Assembly (NCBI GenBank): GCA_041653115.1
Contig: JBAZGA010000005.1
Location: 2,296-66,295 of the forward strand
From: Candidatus Omnitrophota bacterium
GTDB taxonomy: Bacteria; Omnitrophota; Gorgyraeia; Gygaellales; Profunditerraquicolaceae
Direction of reading: 5' to 3'
DNA length: 64,000 nt
How positions within the stretch are numbered: the stretch's first letter is position 1; every line of letters begins with the position of its first letter. Shown here piece by piece: positions 39,820-48,582 of this stretch. The notes under the pieces were generated by a model. The model had not been told where the DNA came from, searched no databases, and worked only from the letters and a program-made list of their open reading frames with translations. A program made the position numbers and the translations under genes.

Positions 39820-40608
39820 ATGTTTATTATCGGCGAGCTGATTAACGGGATGTATAATAATATAGGTAAGGCGATTAAGGCAAAGGATAAGGCCGCCATC
39901 CAAAAGTGCGCCTTTGAGCAACTTCAGGCAGGAGCGGACGCCCTGGATGTCAATTGCGGCCCGGCATCGCGCGAGCCGCTTTCGGATATCCAATGGTTGG
40001 TCCAGGCTATCCAGGAGGTAACGGATAAGCCGCTTGCTCTTGATTCCAGCAAGCCGCAGGTGATTGAATCGGGCTTAAAAGTACTGAAAAATAAAGCAAT
40101 TATCAATTCTACCACCGCAGACCCGGAAAAGCTGGAAGTCCTTGTGCCCTTAGCGCAGAAATATAATGCCAAGCTCATCGGCCTGACCATCAGTTCCAAG
40201 GGTATCCCGCAGAATAAAGACCAGCGCCTGGAATTGGCCGCCAATATCGTGGCTACCTGCGCTGACGCGGGGCTTCCTATTGAAGACCTTTATCTTGACC
40301 CGATTGTGCTGCCGGTGAACGTTGCCCAGGCGCAGATGCGCGATATCCTGGAATCCATCCGCGAATTCAAAATCATTTCCGACCCTTCGCCTAAAACCAT
40401 TGTCGGCTTAAGCAATGTCTCCCAGGGAACCTGCGTCAGAAGCCTGGTTAACCGCACCTTCCTGACTATGGCAGTGGCTTTTGGCCTGGATGCCGCCATC
40501 CTTGACCCCAAAGATAAAGAGCTGGTAGATGCCGCCATTACCGCCGAGCTGATTCTTAACAAGCAGATTTACTGCGATTCCTATTTAGAGGCCTACCGGA
40601 AGAAATAG
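39820..40608 (+). CDS. acsE: Methyltetrahydrofolate:corrinoid/iron-sulfur protein methyltransferase (pterin-binding)
   Basis: MFIIGELINGM...GADALDVNCGP...DPIVLPV pterin-binding barrel signatures. Confidence 0.8.
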   Translation: MFIIGELINGMYNNIGKAIKAKDKAAIQKCAFEQLQAGADALDVNCGPASREPLSDIQWLVQAIQEVTDKPLALDSSKPQVIESGLKVLKNKAIINSTTADPEKLEVLVPLAQKYNAKLIGLTISSKGIPQNKDQRLELAANIVATCADAGLPIEDLYLDPIVLPVNVAQAQMRDILESIREFKIISDPSPKTIVGLSNVSQGTCVRSLVNRTFLTMAVAFGLDAAILDPKDKELVDAAITAELILNKQIYCDSYLEAYRKK

Positions 40609-40627
40609 GCAAAAGCCGGTCACAACC

Positions 40628-40655
40628 TTGACAAATCTAAAAAATATGTTATATT
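40628..40655 (+). promoter_or_regulatory. Sigma70-type promoter (TTGACA-16-TATATT with extended TGt)
   Basis: TTGACA at 40628-40633 and TATATT at 40650-40655. Confidence 0.5.
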
Positions 40656-40668
40656 TTACGCAATAGGG

Positions 40669-40710
40669 CCAGGTTGACTGAGGAGAGGTCAAGGTCAATC
40701 TGGTTTTTTT
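40669..40710 (+). terminator. Rho-independent terminator (10-bp stem with one G.U, 15-nt loop, T7 tail)
   Basis: CCAGGTTGAC...GTCAATCTGG followed by TTTTTTT, about 60 nt downstream of the acsE stop. Confidence 0.6.
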
Positions 40711-40769
40711 GTCGCCGCATATATTGTAATAAAATTGATTAAATAGTAATAATATATATAAGCTGAAAA

Positions 40770-41288
40770 ATGAAAAAAGCAAAAATCAGGATAAGGTTAT
40801 TAATTTGGATACTGCTGTTTATTACCGTATCGGTTTGGCTGGCTCTTGAATTCAACAAGAAGCGGCTTTATATCGAAAACTTACAGCTGGAACTAAGCCT
40901 GGAGCGCCGCCTAAAGGAATTCGTTCAGCAGGAACTCGACTCCACAAAGAATAGGCTGGAGAGAATTAGGGCAGAATTAGGCCAGACCCGGAAACATCTC
41001 AATAAGGTTAATAACAAGCTTGCCGCAGCAGAGAGTAATAACACTAAGTTGCTTGAAGAAAAAAGGGCCCTGGAAGCAAAATTACATTCTTTAACGGAAT
41101 TAAAGGCAGCTATCCGGCAGGTCAAGAAAGAGATGCGCCAGGAACGCTGCCAGCAGATTCTGGCGGAAAAAGAAACGCAGAATGAAGCCGATGCTTATAG
41201 GTTAGCCAGCGGAAATCGCGGCTTTATTTTGAAGGATGGCAAACCGACACACAAGCCCAGAGTGAGAATTGAAGTCCAGTCTGATTAA
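40770..41288 (+). CDS. Membrane-anchored coiled-coil protein (hypothetical)
   Basis: N-terminal TM (LLIWILLFITVSVWLAL) and about 120 aa of heptad-rich coiled coil. Confidence 0.5.
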   Translation: MKKAKIRIRLLIWILLFITVSVWLALEFNKKRLYIENLQLELSLERRLKEFVQQELDSTKNRLERIRAELGQTRKHLNKVNNKLAAAESNNTKLLEEKRALEAKLHSLTELKAAIRQVKKEMRQERCQQILAEKETQNEADAYRLASGNRGFILKDGKPTHKPRVRIEVQSD

Positions 41289-41329
41289 TAACTTTCTTAT
41301 ATCCAATTCGGAAAAAGGAGCAGGTTGCG

Positions 41330-41515
41330 ATGAATAAGAAATTACTTTTGACCAAGGAAGCTGCGGAAGTTTTAAGGGTTAGCGAGGAATACCTGCGTTC
41401 TCTTATAAGGAAAAAGAAGATTCCCGCTTATAAAGAGGGCCGCCGCGGCGGCTACAGGATTCCCGCGGTGGAAATCGATAATTATATCGCAAGCAGGTAT
41501 GACAAAGGGCTATGA
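41330..41515 (+). CDS. Excisionase-family HTH mini-protein (HTH_17/AlpA-like, 61 aa)
   Basis: LLLTKEAAEVLRVSEEYLRSLIRKKKIPAYKEGRRGGYRIPAVEIDNYI; RBS AAAGGAG. Confidence 0.65.
   Translation: MNKKLLLTKEAAEVLRVSEEYLRSLIRKKKIPAYKEGRRGGYRIPAVEIDNYIASRYDKGL
41445..41505 (+). repeat. Direct repeat copy A (inside the 3' end of the HTH_17 gene); att-like
   Basis: About 80% identity to 43340-43400 over about 60 nt, including an identical GGAAATCGATAATTATATC core. Confidence 0.6.
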
Positions 41516-41579
41516 GCGGAATCCCAAAAAGCTAAAAATTTATATTGCAATTTATTAACAAATATGTTAAACTTTTACT

Positions 41580-42218
41580 ATGAAATTTGATGAATTCCTC
41601 AAGAGGGTGCGGGGCTTACCGGTAATAGATGCCGAAAACCTGCTTGCCGGAGTCGTTAACCCGGCTCCCGTTAAAGTGCAGTTGAGCCGCTGGCGTAAGG
41701 CCGGAAAGTTAATCAAACTCAAGAATAACATTTACTTATTAGCTGAAAATTTCCGCAAAGCGGATATTTATGAACCGTACATTGCTTCGGCGCTCAAAAG
41801 GCCTTCGTATATCAGCCTTGAGAAAGCTTTTGAATACCACGGGCTTATCCCCGAAGCGGTTATGGTTTATACCTGCGTTACCACTAAGCGGCCAGGAAAA
41901 ATTATTACGCCCATCGGCACGTTTGATTACCGCCATATTAAAAGTAGCCTTTTCTGGGGGTATGATTCGGTTATTGTAAACAAGCAGCAGGCATTTATCG
42001 CAGGCCCTGAAAAGGCCCTGTTGGATTTTTTCTATTTAAGGGGCCTGCGGGTTGACGAGGCCTATTTGGAAGAGATGCGGTTGCAAAATTTCAGAAAAAT
42101 CAATTGCGTTAAATTACTTCAATATGCCGGGAGGTTTAAAAGCCCCGGCGTCCTGAAGGCATCTGAGATTATTAAAAAATACGTTTGCGGGCGCAGGAAG
42201 GAAGAAAAATATTTATGA
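41580..42218 (+). CDS. abiEi: AbiEi-family antitoxin / transcriptional regulator (type IV TA)
   Basis: N-terminal AbiEi_4-like profile (LSRWRKAGKLIKLKNNIYLL) and ATGA coupling to the downstream nucleotidyltransferase. Confidence 0.7.
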   Translation: MKFDEFLKRVRGLPVIDAENLLAGVVNPAPVKVQLSRWRKAGKLIKLKNNIYLLAENFRKADIYEPYIASALKRPSYISLEKAFEYHGLIPEAVMVYTCVTTKRPGKIITPIGTFDYRHIKSSLFWGYDSVIVNKQQAFIAGPEKALLDFFYLRGLRVDEAYLEEMRLQNFRKINCVKLLQYAGRFKSPGVLKASEIIKKYVCGRRKEEKYL

Positions 42219-43021
42219 AAGATTACCTGTTGGAGCTGGTATCGCAGAAAGAGGGGTATAATGCCAGGCTGAATACTATGCGGGAGTATTTGCAGGCATA
42301 TATCTTAAGGGTAATGCAGGATGAGGGCGTATTCCGCTCGGCGGCATTTTTAGGCGGTACGGCCCTTAGGTTTTTATACGGCCTGCCGCGTTTCTCCGAA
42401 GACCTGGATTTTTCTTCGGCAAAAAAACAGGCGGTTCCCTTCGCGGCATTGCTGAAAAAGATTGCCTCCGAACTTTCAGCAGCCGGCTACGATGCTTCAG
42501 TTGTTTACAACGACAGAAAAACTGTGAACTCAGCTTTTATCAAGTTCTCAAACCTGATGTTTGAAGCGGGGATTTCGCCTGTAAAAAGCCAGAAATTTTC
42601 CATTAAGGTTGAGATTGACACCCATCCCCCGGAAGGGGCTGTCCTTACGACCCAGATTGTAAACAAATATTTCCCGGTTTCTTTTTTATCCTATGAGATT
42701 GAATCGCTTTTTGCCGGGAAGCTGCATGCGTTATTGTCCCGCAGATACGCCAAGGGCAGGGATTATTTTGATTTAGGCTGGTATTTGTCAAAATGGAGCG
42801 CTATAGAGCCGAATTTCAAACTGCTCAAGAATGCCCTTAGACAGACAGGGTGGAAGAAGGATTTTCCTGCACAAGATAACTGGAGGCGGTTAATCCGCGG
42901 GATTGTTGAAGGAGTAAATTGGGCTAAGGTTAAGCGGGACGTCGAAGGGTTCCTGGAAAACCCTTCTGATGCAGGCATATTTACTAAGGAGAATACCCTC
43001 CGCCTTTTGCAAAATACCTAA
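42215..43021 (+). CDS. abiEii: AbiEii/AbiGii nucleotidyltransferase toxin (DUF1814)
   Basis: LGGTALRFLYGLPRFSEDLDF hallmark motif; start set at the ATGA overlap (track: 42185). Confidence 0.8.
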   Translation: MKDYLLELVSQKEGYNARLNTMREYLQAYILRVMQDEGVFRSAAFLGGTALRFLYGLPRFSEDLDFSSAKKQAVPFAALLKKIASELSAAGYDASVVYNDRKTVNSAFIKFSNLMFEAGISPVKSQKFSIKVEIDTHPPEGAVLTTQIVNKYFPVSFLSYEIESLFAGKLHALLSRRYAKGRDYFDLGWYLSKWSAIEPNFKLLKNALRQTGWKKDFPAQDNWRRLIRGIVEGVNWAKVKRDVEGFLENPSDAGIFTKENTLRLLQNT

Positions 43022-43046
43022 GCTATATAAAACGAAGGAACGCGCT

Positions 43047-43337
43047 ATGCCGGAATTCACAGTCAATGAAATAGTAGATGGCGATACCTTTAAGGTAGCA
43101 GGCGGATGGGAATGGCAGGGTATGACCGGGGAATCCGTGCGCCCCAGAGGTTATGATACGCCGGAAAAAGGGGAGCCCGGCTTTGAAGAAGCAAAGCAGA
43201 AGCTATCGGATTTAATCCTGAACAAGAAAGTGGATGCGAAAGATATTAAAGCAGTAGACGTATACGGAAGGCTGATTGCGGATATCTATTGCGAGGATAA
43301 GAACCTCGCGGATTATTTCCCTGAGTATAAGAGTTAG
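43047..43337 (+). CDS. Minimal staphylococcal-nuclease-like (SNase/thermonuclease fold) protein, 96 aa
   Basis: VDGDTF, RPRGYDTPE and DVYGRLIADIY align to SNase Ca-site/catalytic segments (IDGDT, VDTPE, KYGRGLAYIY); RBS AAGGAA; start moved from 42969 to ATG 43047. Confidence 0.65.
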   Translation: MPEFTVNEIVDGDTFKVAGGWEWQGMTGESVRPRGYDTPEKGEPGFEEAKQKLSDLILNKKVDAKDIKAVDVYGRLIADIYCEDKNLADYFPEYKS

Positions 43338-43339
43338 TT

Positions 43340-43400
43340 GCGGCGGATACCGGATTCCAGCTGCGGAAATCGATAATTATATCAGGTAGCGGTATAACAA
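43340..43400 (+). repeat. Direct repeat copy B (non-coding remnant of the HTH_17 gene's 3' end); att-like
   Basis: Matches 41445-41505; lies directly after the SNase-like gene. Confidence 0.6.
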
Positions 43401-43461
43401 TAGATAAGAATGGATAGAATGGCCAATTGATAGGTTTAAGAATGAGCAATATTCAGCAGGA

Positions 43462-44352
43462 TTGAAGAGTATGGAAATAAAGAGTATCTTAAAATATTTT
43501 CTTGGTATAGAAGATAGGTGGAGTATCGGAATATATACCGGAGATTCTTTCTGTCATTTTTACCCTCCGGAAAATATTAAGAATCCTGTTTTGACTGCGA
43601 AAGATATTACAGACAGAAGGGCAGTTTTTGTTGCGGATCCTTTTATGCTAAAGGAAGAAGGTATATGGTATATGTTTTTTGAAGTTTTATCTTTTTGGCG
43701 TTCTAAAGGCGAAATTGGTCTTGCTACCAGCAAGGACGGTTTTAATTGGTCCTACCGCCAAATCGTTCTTAGCGAGCCTTTCCATTTGTCTTATCCATAT
43801 GTTTTTAAATATAATGGTGAATTTTATATGATTCCTGAGAGCTACGAAAAGAAAGCCGTGCGGTTATATAAAGCGACTCGTTTTCCTAATCAATGGGAAT
43901 TTTCAGCGAATCTTTTACTAGGGCATGATTTTCAAGATTCTTCCATATTTAACTATAGGAACAAATGGTGGCTATTTACTTGCCCTACACTACAGAATAA
44001 TGAGTTAAAGCTATTCTATGCCGAAGACCTGCGGGGGCCCTGGCTAGAGCACGCCCGCAATTCGGTTATCAAAGATAATCCTTATGCCGCTCGTTGCGGC
44101 GGGAGAGTATTGGTATTGGATAATAAGGTTATCAGGTATGCTCAAGATGACTACCCGGTTTATGGGAGACAGTTATGCGCATTCGAAATTACTAGATTAA
44201 CGACTAACGAATATGAAGAAAAAGAATGTCCCGGCAATCCAGTATTAAAGGCGAGTGGTAGCGGCTGGAATAAGAGCGGTATGCACAATATTGACCCTCA
44301 TTTTCTCGGCCAGGAGAGGTGGTTTGCCTGCGTAGATGGTAACGACCGATAA
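43462..44352 (+). CDS. Beta-propeller GH43/GH130-like protein (family also annotated as glucosamine inositolphosphorylceramide transferase-like), putative
   Basis: ADPFMLKEEGIWYMFFE...YMIPES...WWLFTC pattern typical of 5-bladed beta-propeller glycosidase/phosphorylase folds; assignment is tentative. Confidence 0.4.
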   Translation: MKSMEIKSILKYFLGIEDRWSIGIYTGDSFCHFYPPENIKNPVLTAKDITDRRAVFVADPFMLKEEGIWYMFFEVLSFWRSKGEIGLATSKDGFNWSYRQIVLSEPFHLSYPYVFKYNGEFYMIPESYEKKAVRLYKATRFPNQWEFSANLLLGHDFQDSSIFNYRNKWWLFTCPTLQNNELKLFYAEDLRGPWLEHARNSVIKDNPYAARCGGRVLVLDNKVIRYAQDDYPVYGRQLCAFEITRLTTNEYEEKECPGNPVLKASGSGWNKSGMHNIDPHFLGQERWFACVDGNDR

Positions 44353-45608
44353 TGAGCCAAAATAAATCTTTAAAATTATTTAAGGATTATTCAACAGTAA
44401 TCTTCGGAGTCGGCCTGGGGCGAGGGCTGTCTTTGCTTGCTTCACTCATTTTGGCGCGCGCTTTAGGCGTGGAAAATTTCGGCATTTTTTCATTATTTTT
44501 CACCGTAATGACATTAATTTGGCAACTACCAATCAGCATTGATTCGACTTATGTCCGTTATGTAAAGGCGGAATCGGAAGAAAATAAGATTAGCTATCTT
44601 AGGACAAGCTTTTTAATAAAAATATTAATCTTCCTATCTCTACTGATTCTGGCTTTTCCCCTGGGTTTTTTGCTGTCGTATTATGTCTTCGGCAAGCCGG
44701 AATTGGTATTTTACATAAGCATCGCCGTCATTTCTGGGGCCTTTCTAAGCGTATTTTCCAGTATTTCCGGGCTATATCAGGGCGAAGAAGATTTTTTTAG
44801 GTTCTCACTTGTAAATCTTTTGTTTTATCTGGCGGTAATTTTAGTAATAGTGCCTATGTTTTTCTTTAAACTGGGGCTTACTTTAAATGCCGCAATCTCG
44901 GTAAACTTCTTTGTTGCGGCGCTGGCCGGTTTCTTGGGATACTTTTGGATATTCAGGAGGATAAAATCATTCTCTCCGGTGCATTTCTCACTATTTGCCG
45001 ATATGCTTCATTTCGGTAAATGGCTATTGGCCTCCAATTTTACTTATATAATCCTGCAACGGCTGGATATACTCGTCTTGGCAAAATACGTGGATTTCGC
45101 AAGCATAGGCATCTATTCGGCGGCAGTTAGGGTTGCCATGCTGGCATCACTATTTACCGGAAATATTTCCTCGATACTTATGCCGCGCGGCAGCCAGGCC
45201 CTAAAGTCCCGCCAGCATTTATAATCCTGCCTTAAAGAAGCGTTGTCACTATCCGGGGTATTGGTTTTTATTATCATCCTGATAATAATAGCTTCTCCGG
45301 CAATCATTAAGTTCTTCTTCGGGATTGAATATATGGGCGCCTTGCCCTTCAGCAGAATACTGCTCTTAGAGTCGGTATTCACGGTCTTATATACTCCTTT
45401 AATGTATCTTTTTTATGCCCGGAACCAAAGTAAGACGGTTTTTGGCTTAGGGTTGACAATGTTAACGGGAACCATCTGCGGCTTACTGCTCCTCGTTCCC
45501 AGATATGGCTTGACGGGAGCCGCGGTATCAATCGTTTTTTCTTCCTGTTGTGGCTTAATATTTATTATCTTTATGTCTTATAAAACCATAAGGAATATCC
45601 ATGGCTGA
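44352..45608 (+). pseudogene. wzx: Wzx-like polysaccharide flippase (MOP/polysacc_synt family) interrupted by a single in-frame TAA at 45222-45224
   Basis: ORFs 44352-45224 and 45243-45608 are in the same frame, both polytopic membrane segments, and together have Wzx-like length (about 418 aa). Confidence 0.6.
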
Positions 45609-46311
45609 TTTCGGGGAATTATCGAGACTGGCAGCTAGATACGGTTATGACGCAAATCACAATTTGCGTTATATGGCACTGGCCCAATTAGTAAAGAGTC
45701 ACGATATTAAAGATATATTAATATTGGGTTGCGGCAAGGGTATCCTGGAATACATTCTTCCCGAAGAAGTGAGGTGTACTTCCATAGATATAGACCAAAG
45801 AGCGATAGAGATTGCCAGAGAAATAAACAAGGAAAAAAGAAACCGTAACTTTATAGTAGCAGATATATTTAGAGTAATAGACGTATTGCGTAAACAGTTT
45901 GATGGAGTGATAGTTTCGGAAGTTATAGAGCATGTGGAAGATGATAAAAGAGTATTGGACATAGCCCGGCAATTTATGAAGCCGCAAGACAGCCTTTTCA
46001 TACTGACGGTCCCAAATCTAAACCGCTTCAGAAATAAGATCCATACGGCGTTTGGAGGAAAAATCGAGTTTATGTCAGACAGTCATATCAGAGAATATAA
46101 CCGTGGCGACATAGCCAATCTTCTTATCGCTGCTGGATTTTGGATAATTAAGACCGATTATGTTTATTTTAGGTTCCCCAAAGAATGCTTAATCAGACCG
46201 TTTATCGGCCTGAATAGTTTACTGCGTAAGATTATGCTGAAGGTTTTCCGGCTCTGGGCGGATTATATTATTGTTGTTTCGGTTATGAAGCAGGATGAGG
46301 GAAGGCCTTGA
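45601..46311 (+). CDS. Class I SAM-dependent methyltransferase
   Basis: ILILGCGKGILE...IDIDQRAIEIARE motifs I/II. Confidence 0.75.
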   Translation: MADFGELSRLAARYGYDANHNLRYMALAQLVKSHDIKDILILGCGKGILEYILPEEVRCTSIDIDQRAIEIAREINKEKRNRNFIVADIFRVIDVLRKQFDGVIVSEVIEHVEDDKRVLDIARQFMKPQDSLFILTVPNLNRFRNKIHTAFGGKIEFMSDSHIREYNRGDIANLLIAAGFWIIKTDYVYFRFPKECLIRPFIGLNSLLRKIMLKVFRLWADYIIVVSVMKQDEGRP

Positions 46312-47273
46312 ATATGCAGAAAGTTTCAGTAATCGTTCCGGTAAAGAATGAAGGACGGCACATCGCGGATTTATTGGGTTCCCTCCAGGCGCAATCCGTA
46401 AAGCCCGATGAAATAATCATAGTGGACGGCGGCTCTACTGACGGCACTGCCGGGATAGTTGAAGATTGCAGGAAAAAGGGAATGCCGCTTAGGTTAATAG
46501 CCGTTACCGAAGCATTGCCGGGAAAAGGCCGGAATATCGCTATTGAAAATGCAAAAAATGAAATCATCGCGATGACCGACGGAGGGATTATCCTAGACAG
46601 GGATTGGTTGAAGAACATAGTCGCGCCTTTTGCGGAAGATTCTTCCCTTGAAGTCGTGCATGGGCTGCGAGGTTGCCGCGCCGTAACTACCTTTGAGGAA
46701 TGTTTTGCGCTGGTCTATTTGCCGGCTAATCGGGCGCTAAAATCCCCGTTTAGAAATTTCCCGTTTGTCGCATCCACGGCGCTGAAGAAATATGTTTGGG
46801 AAAAAGCCGGGAAATTTAGAGAGGACTTGCGGGCGGGGGAAGACCTGCTTTTCCTGAAGAAATTAAAGGAGTCTAAATTCAGGACTATAGTTGCCTATAA
46901 TGCTGTGGCATATTGGCGCCCGCGCTCTTCCTTTAGAGAGGGCTTTTCGCTTGCTTTCAAATATGCCGTATGCGATGCAAAGACTCGCCTCCATCTTTCC
47001 AGACATTTCAGAAAATATTTAATGTATTCGCTTGGGGCGCTACTCGCCTATGCGGGCCTAAAAAATCCCGTCTGGTTCGTTCTTTTGGCCGCCGGGTTTG
47101 TATTGGATATTCTATTGGTTTGCAGGAAGCATTGGAATGAATTCTTGAAGCTTGTCGGGAGAAATCCGGGAAATCTTTTCACCATCACCGCCATCATTAT
47201 TATCCTGGATATCGCAGGCCTTTGCGGTTTCTCGGCAGGACTTATAAGGAAGATTTTTAAGCATGCCAATTAA
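46308..47273 (+). CDS. GT2 glycosyltransferase with C-terminal TM segments
   Basis: VSVIVPVKNEGRHI...IIIVDGGSTDGT...MTDGG. Confidence 0.8.
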   Translation: MNMQKVSVIVPVKNEGRHIADLLGSLQAQSVKPDEIIIVDGGSTDGTAGIVEDCRKKGMPLRLIAVTEALPGKGRNIAIENAKNEIIAMTDGGIILDRDWLKNIVAPFAEDSSLEVVHGLRGCRAVTTFEECFALVYLPANRALKSPFRNFPFVASTALKKYVWEKAGKFREDLRAGEDLLFLKKLKESKFRTIVAYNAVAYWRPRSSFREGFSLAFKYAVCDAKTRLHLSRHFRKYLMYSLGALLAYAGLKNPVWFVLLAAGFVLDILLVCRKHWNEFLKLVGRNPGNLFTITAIIIILDIAGLCGFSAGLIRKIFKHAN

Positions 47274-48582
47274 CGTGAAACTATTTTTCGCAGCCATAAT
47301 CGGGTTAGTCGCCTCGCTCCTGACTTTATTGCCCAGGACAGCCAACGAAAAAATAATTGTTTCCACTATGTTTATTGTCGCTATGCTTACGGCCGGACGC
47401 CGTGCGACTCTCATTGTGTTATTTTTGGTTTTGCGGCCCTGCCTAGATTTGATAGCCGAACAACAAGTTGCCGGCATTTGGAATAGCGCCTCCTTAGCCA
47501 CTATTTTTTTCATCCTGACGGCAGGGCAGGCATTATTAAGGAAAGAGAGTATCGCAAAGATTGCCGCAAACCGGCTCATACTTGACGCAAATAGGGTCTT
47601 TTTAGCTTTTCTGGTTCTTTCTCTGATCTCTTTTGTAAATTCACGAGACCTCTTGACCTCTTTCTCCGATTGGCTGCGGCTGGTTTCTATTATCGTAATG
47701 TTCAATTATGCCTTCTTATACTTTTCCGAAAGCAGGGCATTTGCAAAGTTATTTATTGCGATTCTGCTATCCGGCGTTGTGCCGCTTGCTTTAGGGATGT
47801 ATCAATATCTTTTTTATAAAGGCAATCTTTACACTCCCGGGTTTAACAGAATATACGGCACCTTCTTGCACCCGAATGTATTGGCAGAATACCTGGTCAT
47901 TTTATTTGTGGCGGTCCTGTATTTCCTTAAAGAGCACAGGTCTGGAAAGTCGCTGCAGCTTGTTTTGTATTCATTCCTCGCCATAGCTCTCTTTGAAATC
48001 TTTCATACTTATACGAGAGGGGCATGGATAGCGCTGGCACTATCCCTGTTCGTCATCAGTATCACTTATAGGAAACATCAGAAAATAATTTATTTTGTCC
48101 TGATTCTTACCGTTATGCTGGTCATCTTTCCGGCTATCCAAAAGCGCTTTATGGATATCAGGGCCCATAACCCGGAATTAATGAGTTCCTGGGAATGGCG
48201 GCTGATGGTTTGGAATGATACAAAAAAAGAAATAAGCAAACACGCCGTTATCGGGCATGGATTAGGGATGTATCAAAAAGGGTTTACTTTTATGGCCCAT
48301 AACGATTATTTGCGGCTCGCCTATGAAACGGGCATATCAGGATTAATTATCTATCTATTGTTTCTCGCGACTATCCTTGGTTGCTCAATAAGGAAGATAG
48401 TGCATGAAAAGAATAAGTATGCTAAAAATAGGTATGTGGCGATATCCGGGCTTATGGTTGCTTTTTTGGTTATGGGGGCGGCTGATAATCTTGTGCGTTC
48501 CACAGTGGTCTTGTTGTACTTATTTTGTGTAATAGGCGCCTTGGTTGGTTACCATCCGGACATTTCACATGAAAAAAGTTGA
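47263..48582 (+). CDS. O-antigen ligase/polymerase family membrane protein (Wzy_C domain), copy 1
   Basis: Polytopic protein with TRGAWIALALSLFVIS Wzy_C-like core and a periplasmic loop. Confidence 0.7.
   Translation: MPINVKLFFAAIIGLVASLLTLLPRTANEKIIVSTMFIVAMLTAGRRATLIVLFLVLRPCLDLIAEQQVAGIWNSASLATIFFILTAGQALLRKESIAKIAANRLILDANRVFLAFLVLSLISFVNSRDLLTSFSDWLRLVSIIVMFNYAFLYFSESRAFAKLFIAILLSGVVPLALGMYQYLFYKGNLYTPGFNRIYGTFLHPNVLAEYLVILFVAVLYFLKEHRSGKSLQLVLYSFLAIALFEIFHTYTRGAWIALALSLFVISITYRKHQKIIYFVLILTVMLVIFPAIQKRFMDIRAHNPELMSSWEWRLMVWNDTKKEISKHAVIGHGLGMYQKGFTFMAHNDYLRLAYETGISGLIIYLLFLATILGCSIRKIVHEKNKYAKNRYVAISGLMVAFLVMGAADNLVRSTVVLLYLFCVIGALVGYHPDISHEKS

Noticed and set aside
45222-45224. Possibility that the in-frame TAA in the flippase reflects an alternative genetic code
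   Set aside because: All conserved housekeeping genes in the window terminate and read normally under the standard table, so a single nonsense mutation or sequencing error is far more likely than recoding.
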